Below are positions 42,881-54,192 of a stretch of 64,000 bases of DNA, piece after piece (the stretch's first letter is position 1; every line of letters starts with the position of its first letter). The notes under the pieces were generated by a model, which ran no database searches, was not told the origin of the DNA, and saw nothing but the letters and a program-made list of their open reading frames with translations. The position numbers and the translations under genes are program-made. The stretch spans positions 192,001 through 256,000 of the forward strand of contig BK006934.2 in NCBI GenBank assembly GCA_000146045.2, read 5' to 3'. This DNA comes from TPA_inf: Saccharomyces. Its lineage: Eukaryota.

Positions 42881-44380
42881 ATGAAAATCGCACTGCCAGT
42901 ATTCCAAAAATTTAATAGATTGATCAGTTCGTGCAAGATGTCAGGAGTGTTCCCATACAACCCACCCGTGAATCGCCAAATGCGAGAATTGGATAGGTCA
43001 TTTTTCATCACCAAGATACCAATGTGTGCAGTCAAGTTCCCCGAACCCAAAAATATCAGTGTGTTTTCTAAAAACTTCAAAAATTGCATCTTGAGGGTGC
43101 CCCGTATCCCGCACGTTGTTAAGTTAAACTCATCCAAGCCAAAGGACGAACTGACAAGTGTACAGAACAAGAAACTAAAGACTGCAGATGGCAATAATAC
43201 CCCAGTCACGAAAGGTGTGCTGCTACACGAATCCATCCACAGCGTGGAGGATGCGTATGGAAAATTGCCTGAGGACGCCTTGGCGTTTCTTAAGGAAAAC
43301 AGTGCGGAAATTGTACCACACGAATACGTGCTCGATTATGATTTCTGGAAAGCTGAGGAGATTCTTCGAGCCGTGCTGCCCGAGCAATTCCTGGAAGAGG
43401 TTCCAACGGGTTTTACAATCACAGGCCACATTGCCCACTTGAACTTGCGCACCGAGTTCAAACCATTCGACTCGCTCATCGGACAAGTCATCCTTGACAA
43501 GAACAACAAAATCGAATGTGTCGTGGACAAAGTCAGCTCCATTGCCACACAGTTCAGGACTTTTCCTATGAAAGTCATTGCTGGGAAAAGCGATAGTCTA
43601 GTGGTAGAGCAGAAGGAATCCAACTGCACTTTCAAATTCGACTTTAGCAAGGTGTACTGGAACTCCCGATTGCACACAGAGCATGAAAGACTCGTCAAAC
43701 AGTACTTCCAGCCTGGCCAAGTAGTCTGTGATGTTTTCGCCGGCGTGGGGCCCTTTGCTGTACCTGCGGGCAAGAAGGATGTCATCGTTTTGGCTAACGA
43801 CTTGAATCCTGAGAGTTACAAATACTTGAAGGAGAACATCGCATTGAACAAAGTGGCCAAGACCGTCAAATCCTTCAACATGGATGGCGCTGACTTCATC
43901 CGCCAGTCGCCACAGTTATTACAACAGTGGATTCAAGATGAAGAGGGCGGCAAGATCACGATCCCTCTGCCTTTGAAGAAACGACACAGATCCCAGCAAC
44001 ACAATGACCAACAACCGCCACAACCACGCACCAAAGAGCTGATCATTCCGTCACATATTAGCCACTATGTCATGAATCTACCAGACAGCGCCATTTCTTT
44101 CTTAGGAAACTTCCGTGGCATCTTTGCAGCACACACTAAAGGCGCCACTGATACCATCCAAATGCCATGGGTGCACGTGCACTGTTTTGAGAAGTACCCG
44201 CCTGGCGACCAAGTCACTGAGGACGAGTTGCATGCACGCGTTCATGCCCGTATTATTGCCGCGCTCAAGGTCACTGCAGACGATCTTCCGTTGAATGCCG
44301 TTTCGTTGCATTTGGTGCGCAAAGTTGCACCCACCAAACCGATGTATTGCGCGAGTTTCCAACTTCCAGCTAACGTATGA
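42881..44380 (+). CDS. TRM5: tRNA (guanine37-N1)-methyltransferase, 499 aa
   Basis: Class-I SAM methyltransferase core (VCDVFAGVGPFAVPA) and NLPD catalytic-region motif. Confidence 0.85.
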   Translation: MKIALPVFQKFNRLISSCKMSGVFPYNPPVNRQMRELDRSFFITKIPMCAVKFPEPKNISVFSKNFKNCILRVPRIPHVVKLNSSKPKDELTSVQNKKLKTADGNNTPVTKGVLLHESIHSVEDAYGKLPEDALAFLKENSAEIVPHEYVLDYDFWKAEEILRAVLPEQFLEEVPTGFTITGHIAHLNLRTEFKPFDSLIGQVILDKNNKIECVVDKVSSIATQFRTFPMKVIAGKSDSLVVEQKESNCTFKFDFSKVYWNSRLHTEHERLVKQYFQPGQVVCDVFAGVGPFAVPAGKKDVIVLANDLNPESYKYLKENIALNKVAKTVKSFNMDGADFIRQSPQLLQQWIQDEEGGKITIPLPLKKRHRSQQHNDQQPPQPRTKELIIPSHISHYVMNLPDSAISFLGNFRGIFAAHTKGATDTIQMPWVHVHCFEKYPPGDQVTEDELHARVHARIIAALKVTADDLPLNAVSLHLVRKVAPTKPMYCASFQLPANV

Positions 44381-44952
44381 AGCGATCTGCTCTTGCAGTT
44401 TGCCGTGGGAGGAAAAAGGCAAAAAGGCGACCATTAGAAAAAGAAACGAGATGACTAACACCTTTATCTTCGAGAAGGCGCGGGGCTGACAGGGCACTGC
44501 GCGATGCGTCATACTACTTGAATACAACACAACCCGTCTTCTGTTATATAAAGAAGAAGAATAAATTAGGAAGTAGGGGGAAAAGGCTTATAGTGTAAAA
44601 GTATTTTAGTTTGTTGTTGTAATTTCGTCTTTTCTCTCACTACCGTAACAACGTGGTAGTTGGCAGAATATATATATTCTTGGCAACCTAGTTGTTACTC
44701 AAATAGAAGAAAAAGCAAGTTTCTCCCTATTTATTTGGTTCTCCCTATTCACTCGCATTTAGCATTGGCATACTTTTTTATATTTTTTTCGTTTTGTTTT
44801 TGGTTTTCCTAGGTTCGATATAGTTATAACAATGCACTCTTCCGTCTTCTAAGTTTTCCTTTTATTAAGGATGCGCGCAATAGAAGACACAGGCAATAAT
44901 AGAATTTATTAGGGTATTATTGTAAGGATAGGCATTACAAAGATAAAATAAG

Positions 44953-44957
<5 letters not shown>

Positions 44958-44986
<29 letters not shown>
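44958..44986 (+). promoter_or_regulatory. Uninterrupted A29 tract ending 17 nt upstream of the PCL5 start codon
   Basis: Counted directly in the sequence. It probably lies in the 5' UTR or core promoter. Confidence 0.9.
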
Positions 44987-44988
<2 letters not shown>

Positions 44989-45003
44989 AAAATAAAAATA
45001 AAT

Positions 45004-45693
45004 ATGGATGGAAATCATAGGTTTACTCCAGATTCCAAAGAATTTAATACTGTTGTAAAAAGTAAAGAGTCTTCCACTGGCAGAAATCCGTATCAGACTC
45101 CGCCCTTAGAGCACAACGGTACTCATCATCAGACAAATTACAGCAGAAAGAAAACAAATCTAGCAATTATCATATCGAATTTCTTGTCCGAGATCAGTCG
45201 GCCTCTTTCAAATGGCAAAATCAATAATTCTACCCACAACATTTTAAAATTTCTAAATGAAGTGCTTAAGAGATCGAAGTGCAGTAAAGAAAACGCTGTG
45301 TTAGCCACTTTCTACTTTCAAAAGATTCACCAATCCAGAGGTGTCCGGGATGAGTCCTCATTGCCTGAATTCTCGCACTGTTCCCGCAGAATTTTTCTCT
45401 GCTGTCTTATTCTATCGCACAAATTTTTGAACGACAACACTTACTCGATGAAAAATTGGCAAATTATAAGTGGGCTCCATGCAAAGGATCTATCTCTAAT
45501 GGAAAGATGGTGTCTGGGTAAGCTGAATTATGAGCTGGCCATTCCATATGACGAGTTTTTGCTATGGGAAACGAACACTTTAATGAAAGCGAAATTGCGC
45601 GTCGGAACTCCCGCCAACGCTCCGGTGAAGAGACCCAGAGAATCAGACAATGATTATGATGCAAATTCTTGGAAACAGATTAAATCTTGTTAA
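45004..45693 (+). CDS. PCL5: Pho85 cyclin (Gcn4-destabilising cyclin), 229 aa
   Basis: Cyclin-box-like region. Position matches. Confidence 0.8.
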   Translation: MDGNHRFTPDSKEFNTVVKSKESSTGRNPYQTPPLEHNGTHHQTNYSRKKTNLAIIISNFLSEISRPLSNGKINNSTHNILKFLNEVLKRSKCSKENAVLATFYFQKIHQSRGVRDESSLPEFSHCSRRIFLCCLILSHKFLNDNTYSMKNWQIISGLHAKDLSLMERWCLGKLNYELAIPYDEFLLWETNTLMKAKLRVGTPANAPVKRPRESDNDYDANSWKQIKSC

Positions 45694-45847
45694 TTTCGAA
45701 AATGTTATATATCTTTCATTCATCAATAAATTAACTTTTTTTTTTTTTTTTCCTTGCTGAGCTTTTGATCTATTCAGCTATGTGCCCTGTCATGTTAGGA
45801 AATACAAATATTTTTTAAAAAAAAAAAATAGTGTGTGTTTACAAAAA

Positions 45848-45939
45848 TGCGAATTCTGTGGATCGAACACAGGACCTCCAGATAACTTGACCGAAGTTTT
45901 TTCTTCAGTCTGGCGCTCTCCCAACTGAGCTAAATCCGC
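45848..45939 (-). tRNA. tF(GAA): tRNA-Phe (GAA) gene with 19-nt intron (45884-45902)
   Basis: The reverse complement reads GCGGATTTAGCTCAGTTGGGAGAGCGCCAGACTGAAGaaaaaacttcggtcaagttATCTGGAGGTCCTGTGTTCGATCCACAGAATTCGCA, which is the canonical yeast tRNA-Phe with an intron 3' of position 37 and an oligo-T terminator downstream. Confidence 0.95.
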
Positions 45940-45947
45940 TTACTATT

Positions 45948-46203
45948 TGTTGAAATTCTGATGTTAAAAAGATAACTCATTTGAGTGTTTATTGGCGTCA
46001 AGATTGAGATAAGTCACCAAACCCAATGAAAGCTGAAATGCAAGGTTTGATAATATAATAGGATAATGAACGACAGTATGTAAAGATAAAAGGGAGATAA
46101 TACCCCTTGAGGAGAATGTCTTCTATATTATATACACCTAAAATATTATAGCTTTTATTATGACAGAATTTTAAGAATTATCTAAATACCCATTCATCTT
46201 TCA
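45948..46203 (+). mobile_element. Degenerate, internally deleted Ty1/Ty2 delta-like solo LTR, 9 bp from the tRNA-Phe 5' end
   Basis: Starts tgttgaaattc (compare TGTTGGAATAG) and ends cattcatctttca (compare ...CCATTTCTCA). It has internal blocks aagctgaaatgcaaggtttgataatataataggataatgaa and cttgaggagaatgtcttctatattatatacacctaaaatattat that match delta consensus from memory. Length ~256 bp against 334. Confidence 0.6.
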
Positions 46204-47097
46204 TTAGATGTCACTGTACCTGCTATCGAATGAAAAAAAATACAGTAGAGCGGGTATAACAGTAATGCAAGGAAAGGTGAAAGAATCACATATATAACGG
46301 CAAATTACTGGGATTGCTGTTGTATGGTGCACAGTTGGTTTGTTTTAACGGTATGCGTTTTGTATACCTCTATTATGTAGTGCAAGAAAATCTGCTGCTA
46401 TTCGTGATTACTGTTACAACCTAACGGTTTAAATGAAACCTGGTTCTGAAGGGTCATTTTATAACTTCAAGTTCCCTTAGCCTTTCGATTCATTTTGATT
46501 ATGCCATTTCTAGACCGTGTTATAGGCGCTGGCGTTTAATTTGGTGTAGCTTGGTTTAGTCAAGAGTTGTATTAGTGTTCCTCGATAAAGTCGATGTTTC
46601 CGGATATTGTGTTAAAATTTCAAGTATGCTACTAATGGGGTAAAGTTGCATGATTAGCAGAGACATATGGCTTGTTATGGTTCGGCTTCCTCATTTTTCA
46701 TGCTTAGTTTTTGTCCATCTCATTGTACATTTCTGAATCCTAATGCATGACTCCCTAACATTACTATTAAATTCTCAATAGTGAAGAATAAGCAAAATGG
46801 GAACCATGATAATTTCTAGCTTTCTCTCCACCCCTATTTTAATTTGCAATCATATATAGTACTTTCAATAGCATCTTTTCTAGATTTGATATCTGCGGAA
46901 ACTTTTCGTTTATAATCGTTTAGGTGAAAAGTTTTTATATCGGTTATTTACAGATATACATTTTCTCAAAAAAAAAAAAATATAATACATGCCCTCAGCT
47001 TTTAATAAAGCCATTGAGCACAAGCCTCTCCAGTAATGTACTGCTGTGCCCAATAACCTTACCAATAATCGTCGCCCACAAAGAAAGTACAAAACAG

Positions 47098-49293
47098 ATG
47101 ACAGAATTTTATTCTGACACAATCGGTCTACCAAAGACAGATCCACGTCTTTGGAGACTGAGAACTGATGAGCTAGGCCGAGAAAGCTGGGAATATTTAA
47201 CCCCTCAGCAAGCCGCAAACGACCCACCATCCACTTTCACGCAGTGGCTTCTTCAAGATCCCAAATTTCCTCAACCTCATCCAGAAAGAAATAAGCATTC
47301 ACCAGATTTTTCAGCCTTCGATGCGTGTCATAATGGTGCATCTTTTTTCAAACTGCTTCAAGAGCCTGACTCAGGTATTTTTCCGTGTCAATATAAAGGA
47401 CCCATGTTCATGACAATCGGTTACGTAGCCGTAAACTATATCGCCGGTATTGAAATTCCTGAGCATGAGAGAATAGAATTAATTAGATACATCGTCAATA
47501 CAGCACATCCGGTTGATGGTGGCTGGGGTCTACATTCTGTTGACAAATCCACCGTGTTTGGTACAGTATTGAACTATGTAATCTTACGTTTATTGGGTCT
47601 ACCCAAGGACCACCCGGTTTGCGCCAAGGCAAGAAGCACATTGTTAAGGTTAGGCGGTGCTATTGGATCCCCTCACTGGGGAAAAATTTGGCTAAGTGCA
47701 CTAAACTTGTATAAATGGGAAGGTGTGAACCCTGCCCCTCCTGAAACTTGGTTACTTCCATATTCACTGCCCATGCATCCGGGGAGATGGTGGGTTCATA
47801 CTAGAGGTGTTTACATTCCGGTCAGTTACCTGTCATTGGTCAAATTTTCTTGCCCAATGACTCCTCTTCTTGAAGAACTGAGGAATGAAATTTACACTAA
47901 ACCGTTTGACAAGATTAACTTCTCCAAGAACAGGAATACCGTATGTGGAGTAGACCTATATTACCCCCATTCTACTACTTTGAATATTGCGAACAGCCTT
48001 GTAGTATTTTACGAAAAATACCTAAGAAACCGGTTCATTTACTCTCTATCCAAGAAGAAGGTTTATGATCTAATCAAAACGGAGTTACAGAATACTGATT
48101 CCTTGTGTATAGCACCTGTTAACCAGGCGTTTTGCGCACTTGTCACTCTTATTGAAGAAGGGGTAGACTCGGAAGCGTTCCAGCGTCTCCAATATAGGTT
48201 CAAGGATGCATTGTTCCATGGTCCACAGGGTATGACCATTATGGGAACAAATGGTGTGCAAACCTGGGATTGTGCGTTTGCCATTCAATACTTTTTCGTC
48301 GCAGGCCTCGCAGAAAGACCTGAATTCTATAACACAATTGTCTCTGCCTATAAATTCTTGTGTCATGCTCAATTTGACACCGAGTGCGTTCCAGGTAGTT
48401 ATAGGGATAAGAGAAAGGGGGCTTGGGGCTTCTCAACAAAAACACAGGGCTATACAGTGGCAGATTGCACTGCAGAAGCAATTAAAGCCATCATCATGGT
48501 GAAAAACTCTCCCGTCTTTAGTGAAGTACACCATATGATTAGCAGTGAACGTTTATTTGAAGGCATTGATGTGTTATTGAACCTACAAAACATCGGATCT
48601 TTTGAATATGGTTCCTTTGCAACCTATGAAAAAATCAAGGCCCCACTAGCAATGGAAACCTTGAATCCTGCTGAAGTTTTTGGTAACATAATGGTAGAAT
48701 ACCCATACGTGGAATGTACTGATTCATCCGTTCTGGGGTTGACATATTTTCACAAGTACTTCGACTATAGGAAAGAGGAAATACGTACACGCATCAGAAT
48801 CGCCATCGAATTCATAAAAAAATCTCAATTACCAGATGGAAGTTGGTATGGAAGCTGGGGTATTTGTTTTACATATGCCGGTATGTTTGCATTGGAGGCA
48901 TTACACACCGTGGGGGAGACCTATGAGAATTCCTCAACGGTAAGAAAAGGTTGCGACTTCTTGGTCAGTAAACAGATGAAGGATGGCGGTTGGGGGGAAT
49001 CAATGAAGTCCAGTGAATTACATAGTTATGTGGATAGTGAAAAATCGCTAGTCGTTCAAACCGCATGGGCGCTAATTGCACTTCTTTTCGCTGAATATCC
49101 TAATAAAGAAGTCATCGACCGCGGTATTGACCTTTTAAAAAATAGACAAGAAGAATCCGGGGAATGGAAATTTGAAAGTGTAGAAGGTGTTTTCAACCAC
49201 TCTTGTGCAATTGAATACCCAAGTTATCGATTCTTATTCCCTATTAAGGCATTAGGTATGTACAGCAGGGCATATGAAACACATACGCTTTAA
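47098..49293 (+). CDS. ERG7: Lanosterol synthase (2,3-oxidosqualene cyclase), 731 aa
   Basis: Catalytic DCTAE motif and multiple QW repeats. The start is the ATG at 47098 (MTEFYSDTIGLPK), 58 codons inside the track ORF. Confidence 0.9.
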   Translation: MTEFYSDTIGLPKTDPRLWRLRTDELGRESWEYLTPQQAANDPPSTFTQWLLQDPKFPQPHPERNKHSPDFSAFDACHNGASFFKLLQEPDSGIFPCQYKGPMFMTIGYVAVNYIAGIEIPEHERIELIRYIVNTAHPVDGGWGLHSVDKSTVFGTVLNYVILRLLGLPKDHPVCAKARSTLLRLGGAIGSPHWGKIWLSALNLYKWEGVNPAPPETWLLPYSLPMHPGRWWVHTRGVYIPVSYLSLVKFSCPMTPLLEELRNEIYTKPFDKINFSKNRNTVCGVDLYYPHSTTLNIANSLVVFYEKYLRNRFIYSLSKKKVYDLIKTELQNTDSLCIAPVNQAFCALVTLIEEGVDSEAFQRLQYRFKDALFHGPQGMTIMGTNGVQTWDCAFAIQYFFVAGLAERPEFYNTIVSAYKFLCHAQFDTECVPGSYRDKRKGAWGFSTKTQGYTVADCTAEAIKAIIMVKNSPVFSEVHHMISSERLFEGIDVLLNLQNIGSFEYGSFATYEKIKAPLAMETLNPAEVFGNIMVEYPYVECTDSSVLGLTYFHKYFDYRKEEIRTRIRIAIEFIKKSQLPDGSWYGSWGICFTYAGMFALEALHTVGETYENSSTVRKGCDFLVSKQMKDGGWGESMKSSELHSYVDSEKSLVVQTAWALIALLFAEYPNKEVIDRGIDLLKNRQEESGEWKFESVEGVFNHSCAIEYPSYRFLFPIKALGMYSRAYETHTL

Positions 49294-49645
49294 GTTTTAT
49301 TTATAAGTGTTGTTAGAGGCTGCAACAATTAGAAACTAGTGCAAAACTAGTATATTTATTTGTATATGTAGTAGTAAAATAATAGGTGAAAAATTAACAT
49401 GTGTTTGAAATTCCAGCTAACTATTGGTTATGGTGATTACACGCTAAGTGTAGAGTTCTTTCAAATATACCATTTATCCTTTAGCACGGCTTCACTATTT
49501 TTTTCGTCTTTTTTCAACTAAGCGGAAGGAGAAAAAAATTTCAAGTTATGCTCATCACTCTTTTATTACATTATGGTAGCTATAAAGTGGCTTATGTTAG
49601 TGAGTTGACGGAAAAGAGAAATACTTTCAATAGACCAATACATAA

Positions 49646-49840
<195 letters not shown>

Positions 49841-50581
49841 ATTTGGGTAGTTTAAGGGAATATTGTATAGTACGTGATTCTGGCTAGTATGAAAATGCAG
49901 TGAATTTTCTTGTTTCATTTTCAATTTTCTAGACCTACATAAATTTGATAAGTTTTTAGGTGATAAATACTAATTATAATTGATCGATTATATGTTTTAA
50001 TCTCGAAGGAGCAGTGGCCGTTTTCTTATCCAGAACCAGTTCTTTTAAGACTCGCCAGTTTCTTTTTAGCTGTAATAAGGAAAAATAGATTGATATTAGT
50101 TACAGTTGTGCTTCACGTTGTTAAAACGTACAAGAAAAGTCTTTAACTGTAGCAACCAAAAAAGGTACTTGATGTCGATATTAAGCCGCATCTCTAGATC
50201 TAAAGGCTCCACTCTACTGCTCCACTTTACTGCTCCAAAGAGTCGGCTTACAGATAGGCTACCGCTACATTAATAACTGTGCTGGAAAACCTTGTTTCCG
50301 GGAGCACAAAATTGTAATGACATATTTATTTTGGTTGTATCAAGCGTTTCCAACTGTTGATTCAACCAAAAAGCCTCATAGCTTTTAATACGGATATTGC
50401 TTAGGGTAGGGCGAAAAAAATAACCAAATCTTTGGAAAAAGCAGTTTGACACCATACAACCAGCAACGACATGGTTTTTTAGTGAACCTGTTGGGGGGAG
50501 AGTATAACTCGTGAAAGTTTCGACGTCCTATTTGCTGGAGAGTAGTAAAACGAGCTTGAATAGCAGCCTGCGAATCGAATT

Positions 50582-53572
50582 ATGGAAACAATTGATATAC
50601 AAAATCGATCATTTGTTGTTCGTTGGGTAAAATGTGGCCGTGGCGATGTAATCAATTATCAGATCAAGCCATTGAAGAAATCTATTGAAGTCGGCATATA
50701 CAAAAAGTTGAAATCCAGTGTAGATGACCATGCTTCCGCAGTTCACATTGCACCTGACACTAAAACATTGCTAGACTATACTACGAAATCTCTATTACAT
50801 AAGGGAAGTTCGAGTAATATTGAGGAGCATCACAGGCGTTCCTCACAGCACTCTCATAGTTCGAGCAATGGATCGGATAATAAGAGGAAAGAGAGATCAT
50901 ATTCTTCACTGTCCATTAGCGGCATACAGCAGCAATCCCAGGAAATACCCCTACGTGAAAAACTCTCTGCGTCAGGATTCACTTTGGTCAAGAGGGTCGG
51001 CAACGTTTCCGGTAACACTATGGTCCAAGGTGATCTTGAAGTGAAAGATACAGACTACTATTATGCATTTATACTGGACAACTCGTCTTCCAAGAATGCA
51101 AAAAAGAAAATTCTTTTTAACGCAAGTGTGATAAACGGCGATAATCAATCGATGATAAGCACAAGATCCACCCCTCCCGCAAGGCCTACAGCTTTAAGCA
51201 GAACATCTACTCAACAGGATATGTTATTTAGAGTAGGACAAGGTCGTTACTTGCAAGGCTACCTGCTGAAAAAAAGGAGAAAGAGACTACAAGGTTTTAA
51301 GAAAAGGTTTTTCACCTTGGACTTTCGATATGGAACCCTATCGTACTATTTAAACGACCATAATCAAACTTGTAGGGGTGAAATTGTCATAAGCTTGTCA
51401 TCTGTTAGTGCCAATAAGAAGGACAAAATAATCATAATTGATTCTGGTATGGAAGTTTGGGTCTTGAAGGCTACAACTAAGGAAAATTGGCAGTCGTGGG
51501 TCGATGCGTTACAAACTTGTTTTGACGATCAGTTCGAAGATAAGGACACGTCCACTTTGGAAGAAAATCCCGACATTCTTGACGATGACAAGGAAGTAAT
51601 TAATAAAAGCTCACCTCAAGACCACGACCACCTCACGCCCACGGCTACGACCAAAAGTGCACTATCACATAGACAGCATACTCAGAAAGACATGGATGAC
51701 ATATATGTCCCATTGCCCAGCGAATCTTACGCTACTTTCTCCATGAATCTACGTTTGATTCAACAACGACTGGAGCAGTGTAAAAAAGACTCGTTATCTT
51801 ATAAACCAACTACTTTACATCAAAGATCGGAGGGGCTAAATGGAACACATTCGTCATCTTCCGTCTTTACCAATAATAGAGTGTCTTCATTCAATCATTC
51901 TTCTTCTGGTATGACGTCATCTGATTCTTTAGCCTCTGAAGAGGTTCCTTCCAACAAAACATATATTGAGCATGCTTTATATAACCAATTGGCAGATCTT
52001 GAAGTATTTGTTAGCCGGTTCGTTACACAGGGAGAGGTTTTATTCAAGGACCACCAGATCCTGTGCAAGAAAGCAAAAGACACGAGAGTTTCTTTAACTT
52101 CATATCTTAGCGAGAATGATGAATTTTTTGATGCAGAAGAGGAAATCAGTCGGGGAGTCATTATATTACCTGACACAGAAGATGATATTAATAATATAGT
52201 CGAGGAAACTCCCCTTCTTGGTAAAAGTGACCAAAATGAGTTCACAAAAGAGGTCCAATTGTCGGGATCCGAACAGATAGCTTCATCAAGTGTGGAGAGC
52301 TATACAACTAACGATGAAAATCATAGCCGTAAACACCTCAAAAATCGTCACAAAAATCGTCGCCGTGGCCACCCTCATCATCAAAAAACCAAAAGCGCCC
52401 AATCCTCAACAGAAACATTTACAAGTAAGGATTTGTTTGCTCTTTCCTATCCAAAGAGTGTTACACGCCGTAATGACATACCTGAAGCTGCAGCTTCTCC
52501 GCCAAGCCTATTATCTTTTTTGAGAAAGAATGTAGGCAAAGATCTGAGCTCTATTGCCATGCCAGTAACCTCAAATGAGCCTATTTCTATTTTGCAGTTG
52601 ATATCAGAAACATTTGAGTATGCTCCACTTTTAACGAAGGCTACCCAACGTCCTGATCCTATAACCTTTGTTTCTGCATTTGCTATTTCCTTTCTTTCCA
52701 TATATAGGGATAAAACAAGAACGCTAAGAAAGCCTTTTAATCCTTTACTGGCTGAAACATTTGAACTTATACGAGAAGATATGGGGTTTAGGCTTATATC
52801 GGAAAAGGTCTCACATCGTCCTCCAGTATTTGCCTTCTTTGCAGAGCATCTCGACTGGGAGTGTAGTTACACTGTAACGCCATCGCAAAAGTTTTGGGGT
52901 AAGTCTATTGAATTGAATAACGAAGGTATACTGAGATTGAAGTTTAAGACAACTGGAGAACTATTTGAATGGACGCAACCAACAACTATTTTAAAAAATT
53001 TGATAGCGGGTGAGAGATATATGGAGCCTGTCAACGAATTCGAAGTACATTCTTCGAAGGGAGACAAATCACACATCCTGTTCGATAAGGCAGGTATGTT
53101 TAGTGGAAGATCTGAAGGATTTAAGGTTTCGATAATCCCACCACCTTCGAGCAATCGCAAGAAGGAAACTCTAGCTGGTAAATGGACACAGAGTTTAGCT
53201 AATGAAACTACACATGAAACTATATGGGAAGTAGGTGATTTAGTTAGCAATCCGAAGAAGAAATATGGCTTTACTAAATTCACCGCAAATTTGAATGAGA
53301 TAACTGAAATTGAAAAGGGCAATTTACCACCTACGGACTCAAGATTAAGACCAGATATTAGAGCTTACGAGGAGGGAAATGTTGATAAGGCGGAAGAGTG
53401 GAAGCTGAAATTGGAACAACTTCAACGTGAAAGACGTAATAAAGGGCAAGATGTGGAGCCTAAATATTTCGAAAAAGTATCTAAGAATGAATGGAAATAC
53501 ATAACTGGACCGAAGAGTTATTGGGAAAGAAGAAAGAAGCATGATTGGTCTGATATTTCTCAACTCTGGTGA
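50582..53572 (+). CDS. OSH3: Oxysterol-binding protein homolog with PH domain and FFAT motif, 996 aa
   Basis: OSBP signature variant EKVSHRPP, an FFAT-like EFFDAEE, and a PH-domain region ([21 protein letters not shown]). Confidence 0.85.
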
Positions 53573-54192
53573 ATGCCTTGATGACATCAAGTGAACTTTT
53601 TTCCCCCCTTTGTACTCTATTTATTTTCCATCTTTAATGATCATCCACACAAATTACTTGTATATGCGTTCATGTATAGTATACTATATACAACATGAAG
53701 GACTTTATAAATTCTTGATCAATCTTTCACACTAATTTTATATTAACAGTTCTACACTATTTTTGTTTGCTTGACTGTAAAAACATTCTATTTTATGATT
53801 AGTTGCAAAACTTGAAAAAAACAATAGAATTTCATCACATAATTGAAAGATAATGAACTCTTTCAGTCAGTTAGATCCATGTTTTTTGAAGAAAAGTTTA
53901 CGAACACAGGATCTTACAAAAGGTGCCTAAATTTGGAATTGAAAGTCTATTGCTATCAAAACTTGTCAAAGATAACATAGCTTGGAACATCTTATCCTTT
54001 ATATGTCCTGCTAAGTCATATCAAGAGGCCCCAATAGTTTCGTCGAAAAAGATAAAGAGGAATATGGAAGGGAAATATAAGATTATCAACTGGTTACCTC
54101 AAAATAGACTATATGCTCACATCATCAATTGATATTGCTTGTAAAAATACCCCCAAATACCCTGGCATTCTTTTTTTGACTCCCTGCCAGTA

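Noticed and set aside
45940-46300. Looked for a Ty3 sigma element at the typical ~17-bp distance from the tRNA-Phe 5' end
   Set aside because: No TGTTGTATCTCAAAATGAGATATGTC-like sequence is present. The adjacent element resembles delta instead.
46924-47097. Upstream extension of the ERG7 ORF by 58 codons (MKSFYIGYLQ...), with similar upstream extensions for AAP1, CPR2, SSZ1, RRP3, RSC30 and NOP10 in the track
   Set aside because: The extensions run through AT-rich or poly-A promoter-like sequence. Internal ATGs reproduce the expected full-length N-termini and protein lengths of these conserved proteins.
52867-53322. 151-aa minus-strand ORF inside OSH3
   Set aside because: Entirely antisense within a well-supported 996-aa gene. 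No motifs.
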